From contig OY843592.1 of assembly GCA_963692865.2 (NCBI GenBank), forward strand, positions 2,720,001 through 2,784,000: a stretch of DNA of 64,000 nt, written 5' to 3'. Origin of the DNA: a bacterium. GTDB taxonomy: Bacteria > UBA8248. Made by a program: the position numbers and the translations under genes. Position 1 is the first letter of the stretch; every line of letters begins with the position of its first letter. Positions 48,485-58,058 of this stretch are shown here, one piece after another. The notes below the pieces were generated by a model. That model did no database searches and was not told the DNA's origin. It worked only from the letters and a program-made list of their open reading frames with translations.

Positions 48485-49597
48485 TCAACCGATCCCGAAC
48501 GCGCCTTCCAGAACCAGCCGGCGCCTGAGCCACGCGTTGCCGCAGATGAACTTCGCCGCGCCGAAAAGAACCTTGTCGGGAAGACGATCGATCAATTTGT
48601 CGAACACCCCTTCCCCGCCGCCTCCGTATTTCGCATAGAGCGCCTCGCCGTATTCGGCGAGACCCTCGCCCGTCTCCAGATACCCGTGCGCGGCCTCCGC
48701 CGCCATCCCGGCGCTGTGGACGGCGGGGCCGATGCCCTCCCCGCTGAAATCCTTGGCCAGTCCCGCTGCGTCGCCGATGAGCGCGAAGCCCTCCCCCGCC
48801 GGACGCCGGACGTGCGCGCGGTGGACCGAATAGGCGTGTCCGCGGAACTTGGTGAGTTCCATCCCGGCGGGCAGCCTGCCCGTCGCGCGGAATTTTTCGA
48901 GCAGGATTTCGAGGCGCTCGTGAACGCTGGGCTTCTTGCCGATGCAGCCCACGCCGATGTTCAGGAAATCCCCTTTGGTGAAATACCACGCATAGCCCTT
49001 GAAGTCGGGCTCCGCGAAGAGCTCGGGCAAGCCGTAGTTGGGCGCCAGGGCGCTCAGTCTGTCGGCGCCCACGTTCGTCTCGCTCTCCTGCGTGAGGACG
49101 ACGGATTCCCTGGAGGATACGTCGCCGAACGCCCTCGCGACCGGGCAGGTATGCCCGCCCGCCCCGATGACGACGGGAGCCTCGATTTGCTCGCTCCCGA
49201 TATCCACGCGCATTCCGTTCGCCGTCTTCTCCACCCCCCGGACGCGAACGCCCTCGCGCACCTCGGCGCCGTCTTCCTGCGCGCGCCTTAATAGATACGT
49301 GTCGAACTGGCTCCTGATGATCCCGTAGCTCGCGGGCTCGCTCCACCTCGTCTCGAGCAGCTTGTCGTCATAGCCCACGAACACGCTCTGGAACGGCTGG
49401 ATGGTGTGGGGATATTCATTCGGGTTTAGTTGCAGGTCGGCCATCACCTGCTTCGTCACCCAGCCCGCGCAGAGCTTGACGCGCGGGAACGCGGCCGCAT
49501 CGAGCACGAGGACGCGGCGGCCGCGCTTCGCCAGCTCCCGGGCGGCCGTGCTGCCTCCCGGGCCTCCTCCGACGACGATGACTTCGGGCGCGCTCAT
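48485..49597 (-). CDS. Geranylgeranyl reductase-family FAD-dependent oxidoreductase
   Basis: GGGPGGS, FPRVKLCAG, RSQFD, GYAWYF and GDAAG..FSGEGI. Confidence 0.88.
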   Translation of the reverse strand: MSAPEVIVVGGGPGGSTAARELAKRGRRVLVLDAAAFPRVKLCAGWVTKQVMADLQLNPNEYPHTIQPFQSVFVGYDDKLLETRWSEPASYGIIRSQFDTYLLRRAQEDGAEVREGVRVRGVEKTANGMRVDIGSEQIEAPVVIGAGGHTCPVARAFGDVSSRESVVLTQESETNVGADRLSALAPNYGLPELFAEPDFKGYAWYFTKGDFLNIGVGCIGKKPSVHERLEILLEKFRATGRLPAGMELTKFRGHAYSVHRAHVRRPAGEGFALIGDAAGLAKDFSGEGIGPAVHSAGMAAEAAHGYLETGEGLAEYGEALYAKYGGGGEGVFDKLIDRLPDKVLFGAAKFICGNAWLRRRLVLEGAFGIG

Positions 49598-49950
49598 TCC
49601 GATAGTTTCCATATTCGCAGGGCCATCTTGAACTTCCGCATCGCGGTCAATTCGATCTTCTCGAAGCTGTCGGCCACCTTCATGGCCTCGAACAGATCGC
49701 CCTCGAAATCGATGGCCGAGTCGCAATAGGCCTCGGCGAAGGCGTCGGCGGTGGGATTCAGCAGAACGCGCTTGAAAGAATCGAGCGAGGGGAACGTGAT
49801 TTCGAGCGGCAGCACCTCGCGTCCCACCGTGAGGGCCGTTCCGTCCCACAGGCGGAAGCGGAGTCCGTAGTCGAGATCGGCGAAAATGTCCCTGAGAATC
49901 CCGGCGGCCCCCGAAGCGGCGGAGCGGCCGTTCGCAGTAGACGTGTTCAT
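49594..49950 (-). CDS. Stand-alone N-terminal domain of a CFA-synthase-family methyltransferase
   Basis: FRLWDG...LLNPTADAFAEAYCDSAIDFEGDL pattern typical of CFA N-domains; ATGA overlap with the reductase. Confidence 0.7.
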   Translation of the reverse strand: MNTSTANGRSAASGAAGILRDIFADLDYGLRFRLWDGTALTVGREVLPLEITFPSLDSFKRVLLNPTADAFAEAYCDSAIDFEGDLFEAMKVADSFEKIELTAMRKFKMALRIWKLSE

Positions 49951-50337
49951 GGCCTCATCCTCCTATGCGGAATCCAAAGGGGATGATCGTTCAACGGGCG
50001 TCTTGCGTTTCGACTTTCTCATGGCCTCGTGAAGCGGACGAAAATCATACCAAGAATCCAAACTTCCATCTATTTTGAATAAACGCCCACGGGCCGTTCT
50101 GTCAACCTCTTTTTTGAGAGCGTGGGGATCAATCGCGATTGATGAGGGAGTGACTGACGCGAGCGGGGAGAGAGGGGTTGACAAATTTCAAAATTAAACC
50201 GATGAATGCTATATTGTGTAAAATCAACATGATTTAATTAATTATAGGAATGGTGAGTGAGTTGATCCGCTTAATTCTATCAACTAACTACGGAAGCTTA
50301 TAGTGACCTCTCCCAGGTCAGAATCAATTGCGATGAA

Positions 50338-51657
50338 TTGTACGCCGCCCACTTGCTGGATAGCAAGATACCGCACACATCCTTAATTCCGGCAAACAAA
50401 ATTACGATGGATGACATGAGTGGTACTGAAAAATCGAATTCATACTGGGACTTCGGAGATAAAAGAGAAGATTTAATCCACAGGATTCACAGCTATCCTG
50501 CGAAATTTCCTGCTTTCATAACTACCAAGGCGCTAGGTTATGCCGAAGAGTTAGGGATCAATGTAAAGGTTGTTGCGGATGTATTTTGTGGGTGCGGGAC
50601 TACTGCGGTGGAGGCAAAAAGGAATGGAAAAGACTTTTGGGGATGCGACATTAATCCTGTCGCTTCATTAATCGCACAGGTGAAAACTCATCATTATCGG
50701 GACTCAGTTCTGGCCCGGTACTTTGAAGCTATTAAGGCCGAATTTAGTAGAACGAATCCTAGTGAAGAGGACTATGCACGAATTACAGATAGGATGCGTT
50801 ATTGGTTCGAAGAACGAAATATCGAAGATTTGATCCGGCTAGATCGAGCAATCCGCCGACAGACTCCGGCACGAGGTCGACATCGCAAGTTCTTTCTATG
50901 TGGATTTTCCAATATTTTGAAGCCGACCTCCCAGTGGTTGACCAAATCTATTAAGGCGCAGCGGGATCTGCAAAAATCCCCGCGTGGAGTAATGGAGGCG
51001 TTCGAGGAACAGTTTGCCTTTATGAGGAAAGCAAACCGACAGAACCGCTTTCCAACCCCTAGACCGAAAGTTCGCATCCGTAGGCAGAACTTTCTGGCAT
51101 CAACGGAACCAGACTGGCGAGCTGATTTAATTGTCACAAGCCCACCGTACGTTACTTCTTACGATTATGCCGAAATTCATCAACTTTCTACGTTGTGGCT
51201 ACGCTTCGCATCTGACTATCGCGTGCTACGAAAAAACATGCTCGGCAATCAGTACGGCGTGATACCACCCGAACCTGATAAAATAAATAATCTTGGGCCG
51301 ACAGCAGTTGAGACATATCATTACCTGTTGCGTGAGGACCGACGCAAGGCACATTCGGTCGTGCGATATTTTCTAGATATAGATAAAGCCGTGGACAAAT
51401 GCGGACGTATATTAAACGAGGGCGGGATGGGAGTTTTCGTTATCGGGAACACGCAGTATAAGAATGTCGTGATAAACAATGCGAAACACTTGGTGCACTG
51501 TATGGAGCGTGCGAATTTTCATAGCTTAGAAATTATCCCACGCAAAGTTTCATTGAAAATTATGACTCCATATCGAGATGCCCAAGGTCGGTTTACCCGA
51601 GATTCGACACAACGCAAAGTATACAGCGAAGAATATGTCGTCATAGGGAGAAAATAA
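50338..51657 (+). CDS. Amino-type DNA methyltransferase (probably N4-cytosine)
   Basis: HSYPAKFP, motif I DVFCGCGTT, long insert, then motif IV IVTSPPY; start uncertain (alternatives 50407, 50416). Confidence 0.88.
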   Translation: MYAAHLLDSKIPHTSLIPANKITMDDMSGTEKSNSYWDFGDKREDLIHRIHSYPAKFPAFITTKALGYAEELGINVKVVADVFCGCGTTAVEAKRNGKDFWGCDINPVASLIAQVKTHHYRDSVLARYFEAIKAEFSRTNPSEEDYARITDRMRYWFEERNIEDLIRLDRAIRRQTPARGRHRKFFLCGFSNILKPTSQWLTKSIKAQRDLQKSPRGVMEAFEEQFAFMRKANRQNRFPTPRPKVRIRRQNFLASTEPDWRADLIVTSPPYVTSYDYAEIHQLSTLWLRFASDYRVLRKNMLGNQYGVIPPEPDKINNLGPTAVETYHYLLREDRRKAHSVVRYFLDIDKAVDKCGRILNEGGMGVFVIGNTQYKNVVINNAKHLVHCMERANFHSLEIIPRKVSLKIMTPYRDAQGRFTRDSTQRKVYSEEYVVIGRK

Positions 51658-53864
51658 TGAGGTCCCAAACGCTGGTGATGCGACCCTATGCTCGTCTGCT
51701 AACCATGCTAGGTGACCAATTAATCAAGAACGAGCGAATCGCGTTGGTTGAACTTATCAAGAACGCCTATGACGCAGACGCTGGCCGAGTTGAGGTGCGT
51801 TTTGAAAATTTTCATGAGGATATGTCGCACAACGAAGATTCCCGAATCGTTGTATGGGACAACGGTAGCGGAATGAAATTAGAGACCGTTCGGACTCAAT
51901 GGATGAATCCCGCTGGACCAGAAAAATATTTTGAAAAGAAGGATGGAAGCGGGAAAACACCCAGGAAGAAGCGAGTAATCCAAGGAGAAAAGGGTATCGG
52001 GCGCTTTGCTGTCCATAAACTTGGCAGAGTGGTTACAGTTACGACACGCCCGAAGGAAGCGGATTTGGAAACGGTGCTGGTTTACGACTTTTCTCGATTT
52101 GATGATGACTTCGTGCTTGAGAACAAACGACGTAAAGAGATTTTTCTAGATCAGATCAAAGTCGATTGCGCACAGTCCGAGCCCCAAAAACTTGCGGGTA
52201 AAAAGCACGGTACTGTAATCGAGATACAGAAACTAAAGGGAGTTTGGAATGATAAAATCATTGGGGATCTATGCCGGGACGTCTCTAATTTAACAGATCC
52301 GGTGTCGCGGATCACCAGGCGCAGCCGCAAGGCTTCCGACCGGTTCGAGATTGCCGTTTTCTGCAACGGCAAACCTCGGTCAATTGAAGCCGATAGCATG
52401 GAGACGTTGAAATCTCTAATCGAGGATAAGTCGGTATTGAAAATCCAAGGCCGCTTTAGTTCTCGAGAAAATCTTTTCCACTTCAATACAGAAAACAAGA
52501 AGGACAAAATTAGTCTCAAGGATGCAAAAATCACAGGTCTTTGGGTTTGGAGGCAACGATTTCGCAAAGTTGCTCCTCGTTCGGCACTTAACCAAAAGTA
52601 CAACTGCGGAAATTTCACGTTCCATTTTTACATCTTCGATTTTTCACGAGCCATCGACGGCCGATACGCCTTGACTCAAGCGGAGAAGAATCTGCTCAAG
52701 GATCATCGGATATATCTGTATCGAGACGATATGCGAGTGTACCCATACGGCGATCCGGATGACGATTGGCTGAGCATTGACGTGACCCGTGGTACCGGGC
52801 GTGCGGGCGATTTTTTCAGCAACGACCAGATTATCGGCTGGATCGATATTACCCAGAAAGGCAATCCGAGGCTGCGGGACAAGACAAACCGCGAAGGCTT
52901 GATTGAGTCCGGTGGTGCAGTCGAGGATTTCATTTTTTTAGTAAAAATCTTTTTATCCTATATCAAACAATATCCTTACGCGCGCTATCAGGAACAGCAA
53001 CGACAGCGCAACACCGCCCAGTTTGTTCGTGAAGGAGTAGTAGCCCGACGTTTAGCAGATCTAAAGGATAAGTTAAAGAAATCGGGGAACAGAGCCCACG
53101 TACGCCAGATCACAAAAGTCGAAGCGGATTATAAAAGAGAGAAAGGCTTTCTATCTCGGCGCGCCGAAATGACAGAAGACTTGGCTGGTGTTGGCTTATC
53201 TGTGGAAATGGCTTCTCACGACATTATGCTACTTATGAAGCGGGCTGAAGACATTGGTAGCCGCATCGCTCGCATAGCGCGAAGTCTAGACAGTGACGAA
53301 ATTCAGGAGCAGGCTGATATGTTAGTTGGAGTGTTACACCAAATTACGAACGGAATGCGAGATATACAGAGTTTGTTTAAGTCATCTAGGCGGCGACGGA
53401 AAGTGCTCAAAGTCGAGCCGATTCTAGACAAGATCCACCAGATTTACAGGAGTCTGCTCGAACGATCAGAAATTCGTTATCAAAAGGTTGAGGTGGGCAG
53501 TTCGCCACTGACTGCGAACACTACTGACGGTGTAATCATGCAAGTTCTGATTAACTTGTTCGACAATGCTTCTTATTGGTTAGAAACTGTCGACCCAGCC
53601 AAGCGAGAAATCCGGGTCACTGTTGACAGGGAAGAAGGGGAACTGACTTTTTCAGACAGTGGCCCCGGTGTCGATACTGATGATCTGCCGTATATATTTG
53701 AACCTTTCTACTCCGGGAAAGGACAGGAAGGAAGGGGCTTAGGCCTGTACATCGCTCGCCAGCTATTGGAACGACATGACTATTGCATTAGGACCGTGGA
53801 GGAAGACCAGAAAGTTCTGCCGGGTGCTAACTTCGTCGTCAGTTTTGTGAAAGAGGATGCCTGA
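51657..53864 (+). CDS. MORC/MutL-like GHKL ATPase fused to a C-terminal histidine kinase
   Basis: N-terminal ELIKNAYDADA, DNGSGM, GEKGIGRFA, GTVIEI and TNREGL; C-terminal H-box ASHD, N-box NLFDNA, DSGPG, FEPFYS and GRGLGL. Confidence 0.88.
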   Translation: MRSQTLVMRPYARLLTMLGDQLIKNERIALVELIKNAYDADAGRVEVRFENFHEDMSHNEDSRIVVWDNGSGMKLETVRTQWMNPAGPEKYFEKKDGSGKTPRKKRVIQGEKGIGRFAVHKLGRVVTVTTRPKEADLETVLVYDFSRFDDDFVLENKRRKEIFLDQIKVDCAQSEPQKLAGKKHGTVIEIQKLKGVWNDKIIGDLCRDVSNLTDPVSRITRRSRKASDRFEIAVFCNGKPRSIEADSMETLKSLIEDKSVLKIQGRFSSRENLFHFNTENKKDKISLKDAKITGLWVWRQRFRKVAPRSALNQKYNCGNFTFHFYIFDFSRAIDGRYALTQAEKNLLKDHRIYLYRDDMRVYPYGDPDDDWLSIDVTRGTGRAGDFFSNDQIIGWIDITQKGNPRLRDKTNREGLIESGGAVEDFIFLVKIFLSYIKQYPYARYQEQQRQRNTAQFVREGVVARRLADLKDKLKKSGNRAHVRQITKVEADYKREKGFLSRRAEMTEDLAGVGLSVEMASHDIMLLMKRAEDIGSRIARIARSLDSDEIQEQADMLVGVLHQITNGMRDIQSLFKSSRRRRKVLKVEPILDKIHQIYRSLLERSEIRYQKVEVGSSPLTANTTDGVIMQVLINLFDNASYWLETVDPAKREIRVTVDREEGELTFSDSGPGVDTDDLPYIFEPFYSGKGQEGRGLGLYIARQLLERHDYCIRTVEEDQKVLPGANFVVSFVKEDA

Positions 53865-55054
53865 TGGATCTAAAGTACCTGATGTCTGGTATCGGTGTAG
53901 TGATCGACGACAAGATCGAAAACACGGCCATAGATGAAGACGATAAAAACGGGAATGCAGATCCAATCATTCAGATTGTAAAACGAATCGAACAGGAGTG
54001 GAACCTGCCATTCTACAAGATGGACGGAATGCCTCAGGAGGAAGTGTGGTCCAATCTGCTACAGACCGCTAGTTTCATTATATTAGACTGGAAGCTGTGG
54101 CCAAATGGTGCTTCCCATCTAAAGAAAATGGGCATCGCAAAGAATATCCGCTTCCTTAAGCAAGCAAGAGACTATTTCGTGCCAGTGTTCATTTTCACCA
54201 ATGAGAATAGGGTCGATGTAGAAAGCGAATTGCCTGAGGATGTGTACCAGGAGGATTCGCCGGAGAAAAATTTTGTGTTTATTCAGGAGAAGACCCGCCT
54301 TTTGTCTGATGACTCTTTGGATTTAAGCGTAATCGAAGAATGGATCAAACAAAACGCGTCGGTGTATGTCCTAAAAACTTGGGAGCAAGCTTTCTATACA
54401 GCAAAAAGAAATCTGTTCAGCACGATGTACACAAGAAGCCCAGATTGGCCTAGGGTGTTCTGGGAATCGTATATACAAGACAATATCGATCCTAGTTCAT
54501 CCCTCACACATTTGATCAACGACAATTTGCGTGGGCGTATGCGAACAAATGCTTTCGAGGCAGACATTCTAGCCACTCCTCATGCTGAGGTTGCTACACA
54601 AGATTTGCGTTCTTTGATTGGTGAAACTAGTTTTTGTTCAAATGAAACTTTGCCAGAAGACGAAATCAGATGCGGGGACTTGTTCAAACTACCTAAACAG
54701 AAGTTTCTGCTCAATATCCGTCCGGATTGCGATTGTATTCCTAGAAAGGGAAAAGCTGACGAATTGGAGCTTTATTGCATCGAAGGCAAAAGGATAAGAG
54801 ACACAGAAGTTAGCAATAAATTCAGCAATGGACATTTTCTTGAACATGTCTGGGAGAATATTATTTTTTCGGTTCTCGATGGGAAAAGCGTGCGGTTTGA
54901 TTTCAGGAAACTCCGCGTTGAGAAGTATGCAGAGATAAAGGATCAGCGTATTGGTCGTCTATTACACCCCTATGTGACCAGAATCCAGCAGCGTTACGCT
55001 CTATATTTACAAAGACAAGGTTTACCCCGCATCCCGGAAGCGGCTGTCCAGTAG
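53864..55054 (+). CDS. Receiver-like domain protein with unknown C-terminal domain
   Basis: VVIDD acidic pocket, IILDW phosphoacceptor position and FIFT; C-terminal CGDLF..LLNIRPDCDC..RIGRL..QRQGLP; TGATG coupling to the kinase gene. Confidence 0.75.
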   Translation: MDLKYLMSGIGVVIDDKIENTAIDEDDKNGNADPIIQIVKRIEQEWNLPFYKMDGMPQEEVWSNLLQTASFIILDWKLWPNGASHLKKMGIAKNIRFLKQARDYFVPVFIFTNENRVDVESELPEDVYQEDSPEKNFVFIQEKTRLLSDDSLDLSVIEEWIKQNASVYVLKTWEQAFYTAKRNLFSTMYTRSPDWPRVFWESYIQDNIDPSSSLTHLINDNLRGRMRTNAFEADILATPHAEVATQDLRSLIGETSFCSNETLPEDEIRCGDLFKLPKQKFLLNIRPDCDCIPRKGKADELELYCIEGKRIRDTEVSNKFSNGHFLEHVWENIIFSVLDGKSVRFDFRKLRVEKYAEIKDQRIGRLLHPYVTRIQQRYALYLQRQGLPRIPEAAVQ

Positions 55055-55431
55055 TTCAAAATTTTTTAAGTGATTCGTTTTTTTTCAATATCCCTGATAT
55101 AGAGCGAAGAATTCTTGGACAAGCTCTCCCCCGATCCGAGGCTGACGGACTACAATGCCGAAAGTTACTCGATCTCAGAATTAGTTCTATGCCTTTTTAT
55201 TAAATGATTTCTATCGAACGGTTCGCGGCCAAATGAAAGGCTGTGGATTGTTTTTTGTTCTTACTCTGCCATAAATATCGTTATCCTTAACCGGACGAAC
55301 CACTAAGACGGGAAGCCCGACTCACGCGCCGCCGCGTCTGTTGCGCCATACTGAACCGCCGGTACCATCGCCCGCCGGGGAACACGCAGCGCCCCGGGCG
55401 ACTTCTGCGGACGACGCCAAAGGAACATCTG

Positions 55432-56178
55432 ATGTTCGACGCCGCCACCCTCATCGCAATCGCCGGAACCTTCCTCCTCGCGGGCGCGGTCAAGGGGGTC
55501 ATCGGCTTAGGCCTCCCGACGGTCAGCCTCGCCGTTCTGGCGGCGGCGCTCGACCTGCCGAACGCGATGGCCCTGCTCCTCGCGCCTTCGCTCGCGACCA
55601 ACGCCTGGCAAGCGGCCGCCGGCGGCCACGGGCGGGCCCTCCTGCGCCGGATATGGCCGTTCCTGCTGGTGGCGGCGGTCACCGTGCGGTTCGGGGCATC
55701 CGCGCTGACGCGCGTCGAGTCCTCCCTGCTGACGGCGCTCCTCGGGCTGCTGCTCGCGGCCTACGCCGCCGCGAGTCTGGCGGGACTGCGGTTCCACGCC
55801 CGGGCCCGCCATGAAAAGTGGCTGGGCCCGCTGGCGGGGCTCGCGAACGGCGCGCTGACGGGCATGACGGGGTCCTTCGTCGTGCCGGGGGTGATGTACC
55901 TGCAAGCGCTCGGCCTCCCGCGGGACGCGCTGATCCAGGCGATGGGCATGCTCTTCACGGTATCCACGCTGGCGCTGGGGTTCGCGCTCAAGGAGAACGG
56001 CCTGCTGCGGCTCGAGCACGGCGCCCTCTCCGCCTTGGCCCTGCTGCCGGCGGCGGCGGGGATGGCCGCCGGGCAACGGATACGGAAAAGGCTCTCCGAG
56101 CGGCTGTTCCGCAGGATATTCTTCCTCTCCCTCTTGGCGCTTGGCGCCTACCTCGCCTCCCGCGCGTTCGGCGGCTGA
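55432..56178 (+). CDS. TauE/SafE-family (sulfite exporter) membrane protein
   Basis: AGAVKGVIGLGLP and GALTGMTG half-repeats; about 8 TM helices. Confidence 0.88.
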   Translation: MFDAATLIAIAGTFLLAGAVKGVIGLGLPTVSLAVLAAALDLPNAMALLLAPSLATNAWQAAAGGHGRALLRRIWPFLLVAAVTVRFGASALTRVESSLLTALLGLLLAAYAAASLAGLRFHARARHEKWLGPLAGLANGALTGMTGSFVVPGVMYLQALGLPRDALIQAMGMLFTVSTLALGFALKENGLLRLEHGALSALALLPAAAGMAAGQRIRKRLSERLFRRIFFLSLLALGAYLASRAFGG

Positions 56179-56261
56179 ACGCCGCGCCCGCCCCGCCCGC
56201 CCGGGCGCGCCTTCGCCCGGAACCGGCCTCCTCCGTCAGCCGCGCCGAACCCTCCCTCCAC

Positions 56262-56677
56262 GGGGTTGTTGAATAAGTCCCGATGAGTGAGGGATTGCCG
56301 GTTTTGCGTAGGGACAACCCTCCGTGGTTGTCCCCCATCGGACAGGCACGGAGGCCTGTCCCTACGGAATCATCGCGTCGCCGACCGAGAGCATACATGG
56401 GGTTTTTCAACAACCCCGAGAAAGAAGCGTTTGTATCGAAGGGCCAATCCCTACGAGATGGTGCGGTTTTGTTCGTCATTCCGGCGAAAGCCGGAATCCA
56501 TTTGCGGGTGCGGGTGAACAGGCGGCGGCTTTTCATTCCCCGCCGATGCGCGGGACCCCGACGAAAGGCAAAAGGCGAAAAAATGGATTCCGGCAAACCC
56601 TCCCGCCTTGGTCGGGTCCGACACCGGAATGATGGCGGTGGCCAATTCCGAGCGAGGAGGACTTTCTCAACAGCCTC
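56262..56677. mobile_element. Composite MITE-like element carrying GTAG-type and GTCATTCC-type REPs
   Basis: Left end GGGGTTGTTGAATAAGTCC; right ends at 56417 and 56677 (GGACTTTCTCAACAGCCTC); TCCAC direct repeat at 56257-56261 and 56678-56682. Confidence 0.65.
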
Positions 56678-57145
56678 TCCACGGCCGGGTTCGACTTCTT
56701 CGCCCGGGGCCGGCGCGCGCATTTCCCCGCATTTGCCGTCATGGCGCGCGGCGGGGCTTTCGGTATGGTGGCGAAGCGCTCCGCCCCCTTCACGCGGGCG
56801 GGGCGGGCGAATCCCTCGCGGGCCGGAAGAATTCCTCCTTCTTCTGCCGGAATTCCCCCCCGCGGCCCTCTCATGAGGAAGACCCGATGCCGGGCGAACC
56901 CCGATCAATCTCTTCCCGCGGACGGGAGCGGGGCGGCGGAACGGCCCCGGGGCGGGAGGAGAACGGCGAATTCGGAATTCCTGAAAAATTGTATAAATTC
57001 GGATAAATTCACGGGGTTTTTCGACAAATTCCTGAAAATTTATTTCATTGATTTTCAAGGGGTTATCGATTTCAAGCGGCGTTTTCCGCCGAATTTCGAC
57101 ACGAAAAAATTCAGGGGTTACGTAAAATTCAAGGGCTGGAGGCGC

Positions 57146-58003
57146 CTAGCGCAGCGAGGTCACCAGCGCCACGCCCGCCACGATGAAGAGCGCGCCCCAG
57201 ACGATGCGCGGGGTGATCCTCTCGCGCCTCCCGAGAATGAGCGGCGCGAGGGCGAGCGTGAACAGCGGCACCGTCGCCACCATGGGCGAGACGCTCGATA
57301 CGTCCCCCATGCTCAGGGCGGCCATGAGCGTCAGCTGGGCGGCGCCCATGGCGAGACCCGCCCAGACGAAGTTCGCGAGCGATGCCCTGTTGAACACGAA
57401 CGGACGCCACCCGGCGCTCGCCTTCAGGAACACCGGCCCCACGATGCAGGCAGAGACGGACTGCAGGAATCCACCGAACACGAGCGAATCCATCCCCCCC
57501 AGGCCCAGTTTCCGGAGCATGTGCGCCAGACCGAAGAACGCGGCCGACGTGAACGGAAGGAGCAGCGCCCGCCCCCTGGCGAGCGGGCCTCCCCCGCTCG
57601 TCATCCAGAACACGCCGGCGACGACCAGGAGGATCCCGAGCCACACCATGGCGGGCGGGCGCTCGCCCAGAAACATGAAGGCCCAGAGCGCCCCGAAGAT
57701 GGCGTGGGTGTTCGAGATGGAACTCGTGGGCGCCACGCCGATTCGCTGGATCGATCTATACAGGAACAGCAGGGACAGCGCGGGCGAGGAAAGCCCCGCC
57801 GCCAGAAAGGCGAGCCAGTATACCGAGAACGATATGCGCGAGAAATCCACCACCGCCAGAGAGGCGGAGAAGAAGACGAGCTGCATGACGAGGACGACGA
57901 GGCTCCCCGTGTGTGGCGTGCTGCCGTCCAGCCCTCTCCTGGTCATGATGCTCGAGAGGGAGAAGAAGACTGCCGGGCTCAGGGCGACCAGTTCGAACGG
58001 CAT
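57146..58003 (-). CDS. EamA/DMT-family transporter
   Basis: Two 5-TM repeats, ending FLGER and ILGRRERIT. Confidence 0.88.
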   Translation of the reverse strand: MPFELVALSPAVFFSLSSIMTRRGLDGSTPHTGSLVVLVMQLVFFSASLAVVDFSRISFSVYWLAFLAAGLSSPALSLLFLYRSIQRIGVAPTSSISNTHAIFGALWAFMFLGERPPAMVWLGILLVVAGVFWMTSGGGPLARGRALLLPFTSAAFFGLAHMLRKLGLGGMDSLVFGGFLQSVSACIVGPVFLKASAGWRPFVFNRASLANFVWAGLAMGAAQLTLMAALSMGDVSSVSPMVATVPLFTLALAPLILGRRERITPRIVWGALFIVAGVALVTSLR

Positions 58004-58058
58004 TCAGACTCCGACCCGGCCGGCCCGCATCGACACGTCCGGCGGCAGTTGAAACGTA

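Larger units (their letters stand above)
49970..55290. mobile_element. AT-rich horizontally acquired island (no integrase or transposase visible)
   Basis: Abrupt visible drop in GC content and codon-third-position GC relative to the flanks; boundaries approximate. Confidence 0.7.

Noticed and set aside
50194-50224. dif-like site (TTGTGTAAAAT resembles the XerD arm) at the island edge
   Set aside because: The XerC arm does not match; the sequence is equally explained as an extended -10 promoter (TGCTATATT).
50338-55054. Classical type II restriction-modification system or ordinary two-component system
   Set aside because: No endonuclease motif is recognisable, and the kinase has a second GHKL ATPase instead of a sensor domain.
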